20,000 nucleotides of DNA. It comes from Myxococcota bacterium (GTDB taxonomy: Bacteria; Myxococcota; Myxococcia; Myxococcales; Myxococcaceae). Numbering within the stretch: position 1 is the first letter of the stretch; each line of letters starts with the position of its first letter. The notes beneath the pieces are model-generated. The model had not been told where the DNA came from, did no database searches, and saw nothing but the letters and a program-made list of their open reading frames with translations. This document shows positions 11,766-20,000 of the stretch, piece by piece. Location: positions 51,690 through 71,689 of the forward strand of contig JBMORE010000148.1 in NCBI GenBank assembly GCA_049322255.1, read 5' to 3'. A program made the translations under genes and the position numbers.

Positions 11766-12497
11766 ATGGACAAGGCACATATCCTCCGCGAGATTCAGCG
11801 CATGGCGAAGGCCAACGGCGGCATCGCGCTCGGCTGGCGGCGCTTCGGGGAGGAAACCGGCATCCGGTACTACGACTGGTACGGGCAGCACTGGACCCGC
11901 TGGAGCGATGCCGTCCGTGAGGCCGGGTTTGAGCCAAACCGGATGTCCGAGGCATACGACGAGGCGTTCTTGGTCGGGCAGCTCGCCCTGCTCACCCGCC
12001 GGCTGGGCCGCGTCCCGACGCAGGGTGATCTCCTCTTGGCGACAAGGAACGACCCTGAGTTCCCCTCCGAGAAGGTGTTCCGGCGTCTCGGCTCAAAACC
12101 AGAGCGTGCTGCCCGCATTCTCGCTCATTGCGAGACGAACCCCGGCTTCGATGACGTAGCGGCACTCTGGCGACAAGTTCCGACCGCCGGGCCGGCAACC
12201 ACGGTTGTGGAAACCGAGGGCACGCCCGCCACGGTCGGTTACGTGTATCTGCTCAAGCACGGGAGCCGCCGCGAGTACAAGATCGGCCGGACGAACAACC
12301 CGCTCCGGCGGGAAGGGGAACTGGGCATCCAGCTTCCGGAGAAGTGCCAGCCGGTCCACTACATCCAGACGGACGACCCTGAGGGCGTGGAGGCCTACTG
12401 GCACCGGCGGTTCGCCCGCAAGCGGAAAGAGGGCGAGTGGTTCGCGCTCACGCCCCAGGACGTCCGGGCGTTCAAGCGCTGGCGCCGCATTCACTGA
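11766..12497 (+). CDS. GIY-YIG nuclease (T5orf172/MUG113-like) with N-terminal homing-endonuclease-associated-type repeats (243 aa)
   Basis: C-terminal GYVYLLK...YKIGRT...RR...E...H..F...R.EGEWF. Two N-terminal helical units (DKAHILREI...WSDAVREAG; DEAFLVGQL...LGRVPT...PSEKVFRRLG). The start could alternatively be ATG 11760. Confidence 0.85.
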   Translation: MDKAHILREIQRMAKANGGIALGWRRFGEETGIRYYDWYGQHWTRWSDAVREAGFEPNRMSEAYDEAFLVGQLALLTRRLGRVPTQGDLLLATRNDPEFPSEKVFRRLGSKPERAARILAHCETNPGFDDVAALWRQVPTAGPATTVVETEGTPATVGYVYLLKHGSRREYKIGRTNNPLRREGELGIQLPEKCQPVHYIQTDDPEGVEAYWHRRFARKRKEGEWFALTPQDVRAFKRWRRIH

Positions 12498-13322
12498 GGT
12501 GGTCAGGCGCAGCATCCCGCTAAGGAGGGAGAGCCACGGATGCGCTGGTTTCAGGGTCGTTACGCTTGGCGGCAGTGGGCGCCTGGCCCGAACCTGCCAG
12601 GCTTGATCTCTGGTCGCGCAACGACTCAGCCCGAGACTGGGGGCTGCCGGGAGCCGACTGGCTACCTAGCTTTTGGGGGCCTGCCCTGGGGCTCCAGTTG
12701 CGAGGTCCTTTGTTTTGAATATGCTTTCAGCAGTGCTTCTTTGCTATTGATGTCGCATCGCGAGCAAATGCCCCCGCTACCCCACCCAAGGTCGGCCGGT
12801 TTGGGGCGAAACTCCAGCCGGGCGGGCAGGGCCCCGACTCTACCGAGCCGCCCTCCGTCACGCTCTCGGAGTTCGCTCAGGTGAGTAAGACTCAGGCGCA
12901 TCGACGAGCCACCGGGCTGCTCGTTCCGCGGCCCCCAAATCCTTTACGCCGACTCACGTACAACGACCTGTTCGACGAGCTGCGAGCGTTTCCCGATGCA
13001 ACGCCGGTGGCCTTCATTCTCTCCTCGCCAGCGAGCTCAAGGTCGAAGGGCAGCTGCTTGAGACGATCGCCACGGGACATTCCGCCTTGTGGGCGGAGGC
13101 ACGGCGCTGCTGGATGTGCTGCTCGCCGAGCTGGTCTGTTTGCAGACCTGCTCGTCCTCGCCCCTCTGGCTGACCCTGGCCCTGCCGCGATTGCCCTTCG
13201 CTCGCCTTTTCGATGGCCTTCGGCTGTCTCCAGTGGACATTCGGTACAGAACAAGCGGTTGCTCGAGATTTGCTGCGTCAACCGGACCTCTTTCGATGGT
13301 CGCCCCGCTTGCGCCTATTGGC

Positions 13323-13328
13323 TAGGCT
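13323..13328 (+). promoter_or_regulatory. Putative -10 element for a leaderless MoxR-operon transcript
   Basis: TAGGCT (TAnnnT) lies 6 nt before ATG 13335, with no Shine-Dalgarno. Confidence 0.45.
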
Positions 13329-13334
13329 TCGCCC

Positions 13335-13601
13335 ATGCTTCACGGCTCGGGTCGCTGCCACTACCACCCTGAACGCGCCGGCCTGGGCATCTGCGTCGAG
13401 TGCCGGCAGGTGATCTGCGTGGAGTGCACCACCCAGTTCGAGGGCATCAACCGCTGCGCCAAGTGCCTGGCTCAAAGGCTGGCCCAGGCGACGGCTCTTT
13501 CCGACCGCAAGGAGTGGACGTTCGGCAACCTCTTTCTCGCCCTGCTTTCTTTGGGAACCGTCTTGGGCGGCGTGTACCTTCTGGCCAGCGCTCTTTCTTG
13601 A
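13335..13601 (+). CDS. Small B-box-like zinc-finger protein with a C-terminal transmembrane helix (88 aa)
   Basis: CHYHP...CVEC...ICVEC...CAKC followed by hydrophobic LFLALLSLGTVLGGVYLLASALS; 3 nt from the next ATG. Confidence 0.85.
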   Translation: MLHGSGRCHYHPERAGLGICVECRQVICVECTTQFEGINRCAKCLAQRLAQATALSDRKEWTFGNLFLALLSLGTVLGGVYLLASALS

Positions 13602-13604
13602 CCC

Positions 13605-15506
13605 ATGGCCGTCTCCGCCCTCGAGCTGCGTCCCCGGTCGCCCATCGCTCTCTTCGACGCGGCGATTCGCCTCACCACCCGCTCCAGCGGGGTGTGGGCG
13701 CTCACCTTGCCCGCCGGAGCGCTGGTCACCGGCTCGCTCCTTCATTGGCTCGACGCCATCGCTCGCGGCAAAGAGGTGCTCGTTCCTTCCGCGCTCTTGG
13801 TGCTGGCCTGGTTTTGCCGCGGTGTGCTCCAGGGCGCGGCCTGTCACTTTCTCGAGGGGCAGCTTCTGGGCAGCGCCGAGCCCACTGTCTTGGGCTCGTT
13901 GCGCCAAGCGCTGGGCCGGCTGCCCAGCTTGTGCATCGCCGTCGCCTACCTTTTGGTCTTCAACCTCGTCGTCGGCTCGCTCACCTTCGGGCTGTACTTC
14001 TTCTTCGTCGGCTCGCACCTGGCCGGTTACGCGGTGACGATGCAGGGCAAGGGGCACCCCCTTTCGCTCTACGGCACCTGCTCCAAAGCGCTGGGGCCTG
14101 CGCGTGCCTGGGCGGTCTGGGTGCGCCTGTGCTTCTGGGCGCAAGCGTTGGTCGTCCTCAACATCCACATCGCGGCCAACGTGCTGGTGTTGGTGGGACG
14201 CAAGCTGTTGGCGCTCGATCTCACCTTCGTCGACCGTTTCGTTTCGCTGGACAACGAAGCCTGGGTGGCTGCCGCCCTCGCGCTCGGCTTCACCCTCTTC
14301 GAGCCGCTGCGTGCTTCTGCCGCCACCTTGCTGCTCGTCGACGGCCGCGTGCGCCAGGAGGGGCTCGACCTTCTCTCGGCAATCGAGCAACTGCCGGTGC
14401 CCCACCCCAAGAAAACCTTTACGAGCACCGCCGCCGCTGTGGGCCTCGCCGCCGTCGGCGTGCTCTGGGCCGCTCCGGTACAGGCGGAGCAGCTCAGAGG
14501 CGCTCCAGCTCCGGCAGACGCGGAGGAGATTCGCGCTCGCCTGTACGCCCTCACCGACGAGTGCGGCATTCACGACAAAGAGCTCTCCAAGCAAATCGAT
14601 CTCGCCGGAGGCCTTTCCCAAAAAGAGCACGCCTCGCTGGCGCGCTTCCTCGCCGAAGTCGAAGGCTACGCGTACGACGAGGGCGACTGCGACTACGCCA
14701 AGACCCGCCTTCGCCAAGGGCTGCCGCTCATCGCCCAGGCGCGCCACGCCCTCGAAGCCTCGCACGGCGCCCACCCGCGTACCCGAGCGGAAGAAATCCT
14801 CGCCCGGCCGGAGTTCGCCCCCGACCCCCAGAGGCGTGGGGCCGCGCCCACCCCCGAAAAAGACGCTCCCTCCCCGCCCCCCGGCTGGTGGGAGGCGTTC
14901 AAGAAATGGTGGAGCCAGCTATGGAAGGACTTCTTCGACTGGCTCAGACGCAGGTCCGGCCGGTCGGACAGCGAGCTGAACCTTCCCCTCTCGGGAGGCG
15001 CAGGTGGCCTCACCGCCGCGAACCTCATCGTGATCGCCCTGGTGGGAGGAAGTCTGGTGTTCCTCGCCTACCTCTTGCTGAGCCGCAAAAAGCCCGAGCA
15101 CGTCGACGGCGGCGAAGCGGACGTGAGCGCCCTCGAGGAGACTCCGCTGACGACCGACCCGATGAGCGCGCTGTCGCGTTCTCCAGAAGGCTGGGCCAGC
15201 TTGGCCGACGAGCTGGCCGCGCGTGGCCAGTTTCGCGAGGCGGTGCGCAGCCTCTACCTGGCGCTCCTGTCGCGCCTGCACCGCGACGGCGCCATCGACT
15301 ACGACCCGGCGAAGAGCAACTGGGACTATTTCCGCGGCTTCAGGGGCCGGCGCGAGTGGCTTGCGCCTTTTCGAGAGCTGACCGACCGCTTCGACTTTGC
15401 CTACTACGGCAGAATCCAGGTGGGCAACGAGGGTTACCTTTCCTTCCGCGAGCTGTCGCGCCCGCTGCTCTCGTCCCCCACCGAACCGGGCGCCTCCCAT
15501 GCGTGA
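13605..15506 (+). CDS. Multi-pass membrane protein with C-terminal DUF4129 domain (633 aa)
   Basis: N-terminal LELRPRS..LFDAA, several TM segments and VRQEGLDL. C-terminal ADELAARGQFREAVRSLY...PAKSNWDY...FRELTDRFDFAYYG matches DUF4129. Confidence 0.85.
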   Translation: MAVSALELRPRSPIALFDAAIRLTTRSSGVWALTLPAGALVTGSLLHWLDAIARGKEVLVPSALLVLAWFCRGVLQGAACHFLEGQLLGSAEPTVLGSLRQALGRLPSLCIAVAYLLVFNLVVGSLTFGLYFFFVGSHLAGYAVTMQGKGHPLSLYGTCSKALGPARAWAVWVRLCFWAQALVVLNIHIAANVLVLVGRKLLALDLTFVDRFVSLDNEAWVAAALALGFTLFEPLRASAATLLLVDGRVRQEGLDLLSAIEQLPVPHPKKTFTSTAAAVGLAAVGVLWAAPVQAEQLRGAPAPADAEEIRARLYALTDECGIHDKELSKQIDLAGGLSQKEHASLARFLAEVEGYAYDEGDCDYAKTRLRQGLPLIAQARHALEASHGAHPRTRAEEILARPEFAPDPQRRGAAPTPEKDAPSPPPGWWEAFKKWWSQLWKDFFDWLRRRSGRSDSELNLPLSGGAGGLTAANLIVIALVGGSLVFLAYLLLSRKKPEHVDGGEADVSALEETPLTTDPMSALSRSPEGWASLADELAARGQFREAVRSLYLALLSRLHRDGAIDYDPAKSNWDYFRGFRGRREWLAPFRELTDRFDFAYYGRIQVGNEGYLSFRELSRPLLSSPTEPGASHA

Positions 15507-16809
15507 CCGCTTCCCGCTGCTCGTCGTCGGCGGGCTGGCCCTCTTGGCTTTCGTAGGCTCGTTCCTCTTTCGCGGCGCGGCGCGTGGCGCCTTCGCCGAC
15601 AGGCTCTCCACCTATCGCTCGGAACGCGACGGGGCCCGTGGGCTGTACCTGCTCGCCGAAGAGAGCGGCCTGCCGGTGCACCGCCTGCAACGCGACATGG
15701 AGGTCATCGAAGACGAGGTGAACCTGGTCCTTTTGGCGGTCGACCCCGATGACGACTTCGGCTTTCTGAAGGAAAGAAAGAACGCGAAAGAGGAGGAGAA
15801 GGGCAACCGCGCGCCCGAGGACGTGGACGAAGAGAAGCACCACCAGGGCATGAACGTGCTCAAGGCCCGCGGGCTCACTGAGAGGGAGCGAGAAGAGCTC
15901 CTTGGGCACGTCAAGGAGGGCCACACCCTCGTCTACGCGCCCTGGGACGCCGAGGAAGACGAGCTCCTCGACGCCTTGGACGTGCGCCTGTCTCCTGCAC
16001 AGAAAGAACTGGGCTTGCGCACCCTGGTGCCGATGCAGCCGACGCCCTACACCCTGGGGGTGGAGCGGTTGGAGGCGCACGTGCGCGCGCACCTCGACCT
16101 TCCCGCGGAGGCGGCGCCGCTCTTGATGGACGACCCCTTGGGCGAGGTGGTGGCCGCGCTGGTGCCGTATGGTCAAGGGAAGGTGTTGGTCCTTTCCGCG
16201 CCTGAGCTCGCCAGCAATGCGGCGCTGGCGCGGGCGGACAACGCCCAGTTCTGGCTCTCCACCCTGGGTACGCTCGCCCAGGAGGGAGCGATTGCTTTTG
16301 ACGAGTTCCACCACGGCTTCACCAGCGACCGGTCGATCGCCGATTTCGCCGCGCGCTACGGGCTGCAGTATTCGATCGCGCAGCTTTTGCTGGGTCTGAT
16401 TCTGTGGGCGGGAGCGCTGCGCCGCTTCGGCCGTCCGCGTGCGGCTGCCGAGGACGAACGCGTGGGCTCGACCGACGCGCTCTACGCCGCCAGCCGCCTC
16501 TACCGCGAGGGCAAGCACCACGCGTACGCGGCGATGCTCGTCGCCCGCGGCCTCACCCAGGAGCTGGCCTTCCACGCCGGCCTGCCCGCACGCGCCGACG
16601 CCGCCGAGGTGAATTCGGCGCTCGCCTCCCGCGGCCGGCAGAACCTGAGCGCAGCGCTCGCCGAGGTGACGCAGCTGGCTCACCTCGCCACCTCGGAGGG
16701 AGCGGTGCTCAAGGTCGCGCAGAAGGCGGCGCTCGCCCGCTCGCTCCTTCATCACACCCGCCGCCCAAATGACCGTTCGGCTACGCTCGACGAGGGGAAA
16801 GCACGATGA
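15499..16809 (+). CDS. DUF4350-domain membrane protein (436 aa)
   Basis: N-terminal TM then [31 protein letters not shown]...ADNAQF; FDEFHHG; second TM then RRFGRP. The ATG overlaps the end of the upstream gene. Confidence 0.85.
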   Translation: MRDRFPLLVVGGLALLAFVGSFLFRGAARGAFADRLSTYRSERDGARGLYLLAEESGLPVHRLQRDMEVIEDEVNLVLLAVDPDDDFGFLKERKNAKEEEKGNRAPEDVDEEKHHQGMNVLKARGLTEREREELLGHVKEGHTLVYAPWDAEEDELLDALDVRLSPAQKELGLRTLVPMQPTPYTLGVERLEAHVRAHLDLPAEAAPLLMDDPLGEVVAALVPYGQGKVLVLSAPELASNAALARADNAQFWLSTLGTLAQEGAIAFDEFHHGFTSDRSIADFAARYGLQYSIAQLLLGLILWAGALRRFGRPRAAAEDERVGSTDALYAASRLYREGKHHAYAAMLVARGLTQELAFHAGLPARADAAEVNSALASRGRQNLSAALAEVTQLAHLATSEGAVLKVAQKAALARSLLHHTRRPNDRSATLDEGKAR

Positions 16810-17792
16810 ATGCAACGACCGCTTCCGTGTCCGGCAACGCGGTGCCGAGAGCCAATGCCGTGCGCGAGAGCGCTTTGCGGGAAGTGCGCAAGGCGGTGGT
16901 GGGTCAAGACGATGCCCTGGAGCTGATGCTGTGCGGCCTCATCGCCGGCGGGCACGTGCTGCTCGAAGGAGTGCCCGGGGTGGCCAAGACGCTCATGGCC
17001 CGCGCGCTCGCCAAGAGCGTGAGCGCTGAATTTCGGCGCATTCAGTTCACCCCCGATCTGATGCCCGCCGACATCCTCGGCACCAGCATCTTCGACTTGA
17101 AGACCCAGTCTTTCGTGCTGGTGCGCGGGCCGATCTTCACCGACCTCTTGTTGGCCGACGAAATCAACCGCGCGCCGGCAAAGACCCAGTCGGCGCTGCT
17201 CGAGGCGATGCAGGAGCGCTCGGTTTCCCTCGAGGGCAAGGACATCACCCTCTCACCGCTCTTCACCGTCTTCGCCACGCAAAACCCGGTGGAGTCGGAG
17301 GGCACCTATCCGCTCCCCGAGGCGCAGCTCGACCGCTTCCTCTTCAAGGTCGACGTCGGCTATCCGGCCGAGAGCGACGAAGACGCCATTTTGGCCTCGG
17401 TGCACCAGGGCTTCGACGCGGGAAACCTCGAGCGCGCCGGAGTGGCGTCGGCCGTCTCCAAGGAGCAAGTGCTCGCCGCCCGCGGTGCCCTGTACGAGAT
17501 GACGGTCGAGCCACCGGTGCTCTCCTACATCCGCAGGCTGGTGGGAGCCACCCGTCGCTCACCACGCATTCGCCTGGGCGCCGGTCCTCGCGCCGGGGTG
17601 CACCTACTGTTGGCCTCCAAGGCGCTCGCCGCGCTGCGCGGGCGGCCCTTCGTCACCCCCGACGACGTACGCTACCTGGCGGGCCCGGTGCTCAAGCACC
17701 GGCTGCTTTTGTCTCCCGACGCCGAGCTCGATGGGGCGACCGCCGCCGATGTATTGCGCGAGGTGGTGAGCTCGGTGGAGGTGCCGAGGTGA
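16806..17792 (+). CDS. moxR: MoxR-family AAA+ ATPase (328 aa)
   Basis: [85 protein letters not shown]. Confidence 0.95.
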   Translation: MNATTASVSGNAVPRANAVRESALREVRKAVVGQDDALELMLCGLIAGGHVLLEGVPGVAKTLMARALAKSVSAEFRRIQFTPDLMPADILGTSIFDLKTQSFVLVRGPIFTDLLLADEINRAPAKTQSALLEAMQERSVSLEGKDITLSPLFTVFATQNPVESEGTYPLPEAQLDRFLFKVDVGYPAESDEDAILASVHQGFDAGNLERAGVASAVSKEQVLAARGALYEMTVEPPVLSYIRRLVGATRRSPRIRLGAGPRAGVHLLLASKALAALRGRPFVTPDDVRYLAGPVLKHRLLLSPDAELDGATAADVLREVVSSVEVPR

Positions 17793-17806
17793 GGGAAGCG
17801 CCAGGC

Positions 17807-17839
17807 CCCTCACCCTTACCCTCTCCCAGAGGGAAAGGG
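17807..17839. repeat. REP-like palindromic repeat, copy 2 (moxR-DUF58 spacer)
   Basis: CCCTCACCCTTACCCTCTCCCAGAGGGAAAGGG; matches 3101-3133 apart from the loop and two positions. Confidence 0.8.
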
Positions 17840-17844
17840 TTGCC

Positions 17845-19152
17845 TTGATTCCCACCGCGAGGCTGTGGACGTCGATCTGTCTGATCGCTGTCCCTACGAT
17901 GGCGGCGGGCTTCGTCCCCGGCATCTGGCCGTTGGCGCTGCTCTTGGATTTTCTGTTGCTTTTCTTGGGCCTGGCCGACTTCCTCCTCGCCCGCAAGGTA
18001 CCTCTGACGCTGTGGCGCGAGCTTCCTGGCCGGCTTTCGGTGGGTGCACCCAATCGAGTCGACGTGCACGTGGTTCACTCGGGGCCGCGGGCCGTGTTCC
18101 TCCAAGTGAAGGACGATTTCCCCGCCGAGGTGAGCGCCGAGCCCGACGTCCTCTCTTTGCTCCTTTCGCCCAAGAGCCGGGCCAAGCTCTCCTACCGGGC
18201 CACCCCGCAGAAACGAGGCAAGTTCCATTTCGGTGACCTGAACGTGCGCCTGCGCGGCCCCTTCGGCCTGACCTGGCAGGAGCGCGTCGTCTCCGCCGCC
18301 CAGCCGGTGTCGGTCTTCCCCGACCTGCGGGGTGCCCGCCGGCTGCTCCTCTCGGACGCGGCGCTCGACTTGGTGAACTTGGGGCTTCGGCAGCTGCGGC
18401 GCGACGGCCGGGGCAGCGAATTCGCCCGCCTGCGCGACTATGCCCAGGGCGATTCGGCGCGTGAGGTCGACTGGAAGGCCACCGCTCGCCGCGGCAGGCC
18501 GGTGACCCGGGTGATGGAGTCGGAGCGTTCGCAGTCCGTTCTCATCTGCGTGGACGCAGGCCGCTCGATGGCCGCGCGGGTCGAAGGGCTGACCAAGCTC
18601 GATCGCGCGGTGAACGCCGCGCTCTTCCTCGCCTTCGTGGCGGTGCGCAACGGCGACCGCGTTGGCTTGGCGGTTTTCGCTGACGGCGTGAAGGCCTACC
18701 TGGCGCCCAACTCGGGCCGCACCCAGTATCGAAAAATCGTCGACACCCTCTACTCGGCCAAACCCCACCTCACCTATGTCGACTTCCTCGCGCTCTTCAA
18801 AGAGCTCAACCTTCGCCTGCGGCGCAGAAGCCTCTTGTGTGTCTTCACCGACTTTCTCGACGAAGACCAAGCGTCGACGATGGTGTATCCGCTACAGCGG
18901 CTGGCGCGGCGCCACGTACCCTTGTGCCTGTCGGTGAAGGACACCGCGCTCTCGGCGCTCCTTTCCACCCCGCCGCCCAGTGCCGAGGAGGCCTTTCAGC
19001 ACGCGGTGGCCAGCGAGCTCTTGCACGAACGCGAGCAGATGAAAGCGCGCATCGGTCAGGAGGGGGTGCAGATGATCGACGTACACCCCGAGGAGCTCTC
19101 GCTGGCGGCGGTGAATCGCTATCTCGAAATCAAGGCCCGGGGCGCGCTGTAG
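17845..19152 (+). CDS. DUF58-domain (VWA-like) protein with N-terminal TM hairpin (435 aa)
   Basis: GSEFARLRDYAQGD...VDWKATAR, ERSQ.VLICVDAGRSM, GDRVGL..F, VFTDF. TTG start; follows moxR as expected for this family. Confidence 0.9.
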   Translation: MIPTARLWTSICLIAVPTMAAGFVPGIWPLALLLDFLLLFLGLADFLLARKVPLTLWRELPGRLSVGAPNRVDVHVVHSGPRAVFLQVKDDFPAEVSAEPDVLSLLLSPKSRAKLSYRATPQKRGKFHFGDLNVRLRGPFGLTWQERVVSAAQPVSVFPDLRGARRLLLSDAALDLVNLGLRQLRRDGRGSEFARLRDYAQGDSAREVDWKATARRGRPVTRVMESERSQSVLICVDAGRSMAARVEGLTKLDRAVNAALFLAFVAVRNGDRVGLAVFADGVKAYLAPNSGRTQYRKIVDTLYSAKPHLTYVDFLALFKELNLRLRRRSLLCVFTDFLDEDQASTMVYPLQRLARRHVPLCLSVKDTALSALLSTPPPSAEEAFQHAVASELLHEREQMKARIGQEGVQMIDVHPEELSLAAVNRYLEIKARGAL

Positions 19153-19157
19153 ACCGC

Positions 19158-19175
19158 GCCCCGGTGCGAAGGGGC
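19158..19175. terminator. Weak hairpin between convergent genes
   Basis: GCCCC-N8-GGGGC in the 25-bp gap between two convergent stop codons; no U-tract. Confidence 0.25.
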
Positions 19176-19177
19176 AG

Positions 19178-20000
19178 CTACTGCGTCACGTTGATGGCGT
19201 TGCCCGCCAAGCCGTTGTTGGTCTCGTTGGGTTCCACCACGAGGAGCGGGTAGTCGGCGTACGCCCCGATGTAGTAGGTGCCCGCTGCCTGCGTGGGCGG
19301 AATTCGCACGCTCGTCGAAACCGTGGTGCTGGCTCCCGCCGCCTGAGACACCGTGTAGTTGCCCAGGTAGATGTCCGAGGGAGTGATGACGTTGTCGGTC
19401 GAGAGGTAGATGCCCACGTAGTAGCTGCCAGGAGTCGCGCCCGTGCCTTGGTTCTTCGGGGTGGTTGACACGGTCACGTACGTACCCCGAAGGGCCGTCG
19501 TAGGCCCGCTCACCGCGGTGAGCAGCATGTCGGCCCCGGAGATGAGCTGCAGGGTGTTTCCAACTCGGGTGTTGTTGGTTTCGTTCATCTCGGGGACGAC
19601 GTTGGTGAAGTCGACGATGGCGCCGACGTAATATGTCCCGTAGGGCACGGCGGTAGAAATCGTCGTACCGAGGCCCTGTGTATAGCTGGCCCCCGCGGCG
19701 AGGCTCGACATGTAGGTGTAGCCAATATACCTGTCCGAAGTGGTGATGACCGGATCCGTCGAGAGATAGAAGCCGGTGTAGAAAATTCTGGAGATGTTCA
19801 CGGGCCCCTGGTTCTTGATGGTGACGCTGAAGCTCTGGAAGGTGCCTCGCTGCGGCATCGTGGGGCCCGAGACGGCGGTCACCACGAGATCAGGGCCGTT
19901 GACGGCGACGGCGTTGCCCGTCATGGCGTTGTTGGTCTCGTTGCCCTCGGCGATGGCTGCTGAGTAATCGGCGATGGCGCCCCAATAGTAGTTGCCAATG
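19178..20000 (-). CDS. C-terminal part of a probably extracellular protein with tandem CARDB (Ig-like) domains; 5' end outside window
   Basis: Repeats of PDL.VTAVSGP...V...KNQG...YLSTD.VIT.SD.Y.G...GTYY.GA..D....V.E.NETNN. The frame stays open past 19924 (IGNYYWGAIADYSAAIAEGNETNNA), giving at least 3 repeats. Confidence 0.88.
   Translation of the reverse strand, partial: IGNYYWGAIADYSAAIAEGNETNNAMTGNAVAVNGPDLVVTAVSGPTMPQRGTFQSFSVTIKNQGPVNISRIFYTGFYLSTDPVITTSDRYIGYTYMSSLAAGASYTQGLGTTISTAVPYGTYYVGAIVDFTNVVPEMNETNNTRVGNTLQLISGADMLLTAVSGPTTALRGTYVTVSTTPKNQGTGATPGSYYVGIYLSTDNVITPSDIYLGNYTVSQAAGASTTVSTSVRIPPTQAAGTYYIGAYADYPLLVVEPNETNNGLAGNAINVTQ

Noticed and set aside
12540..13413. ORFs 12540..12884, 12662..12901, 12881..13372, 12892..13281 and 13089..13325 as real genes
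   Set aside because: No host-like codon bias, clear RBS or recognisable domain; kept only as part of the unexplained-region finding.
19178..19924. ATG at 19924 as the start of the CARDB gene
   Set aside because: The frame stays open to the window edge and encodes the end of another CARDB repeat.

Overview
GC-rich bacterial chromosomal window; the gene content suggests Myxococcota/deltaproteobacteria (inference). Left to right: a minus-strand AAA+ ATPase/DUF4143 gene with a C-terminal PD-(D/E)xK-like nuclease motif (runs off the left edge, absent from the ORF track), preceded by a perfect 28-bp palindrome; topoisomerase IV-type genes transcribed parC then parE; a secreted PEGA-domain protein; an SppA (S49) protease fused behind an apparent FadL/PorV-like outer-membrane beta-barrel; a convergent RHH antitoxin/MazF-PemK toxin pair; an atypical Rho with a low-complexity N-terminus; a T5orf172-type GIY-YIG nuclease; about 840 bp of unexplained sequence; a five-gene operon (zinc-finger/TM, DUF4129, DUF4350, MoxR, DUF58); and the 3' end of a CARDB-repeat gene. 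Two copies of a 33-bp REP-like hairpin sit at gene junctions, and one supplies the ParC stop codon. No tRNA, rRNA, CRISPR array or transposase was seen. Family assignments come from motif recognition by eye, not database searches.
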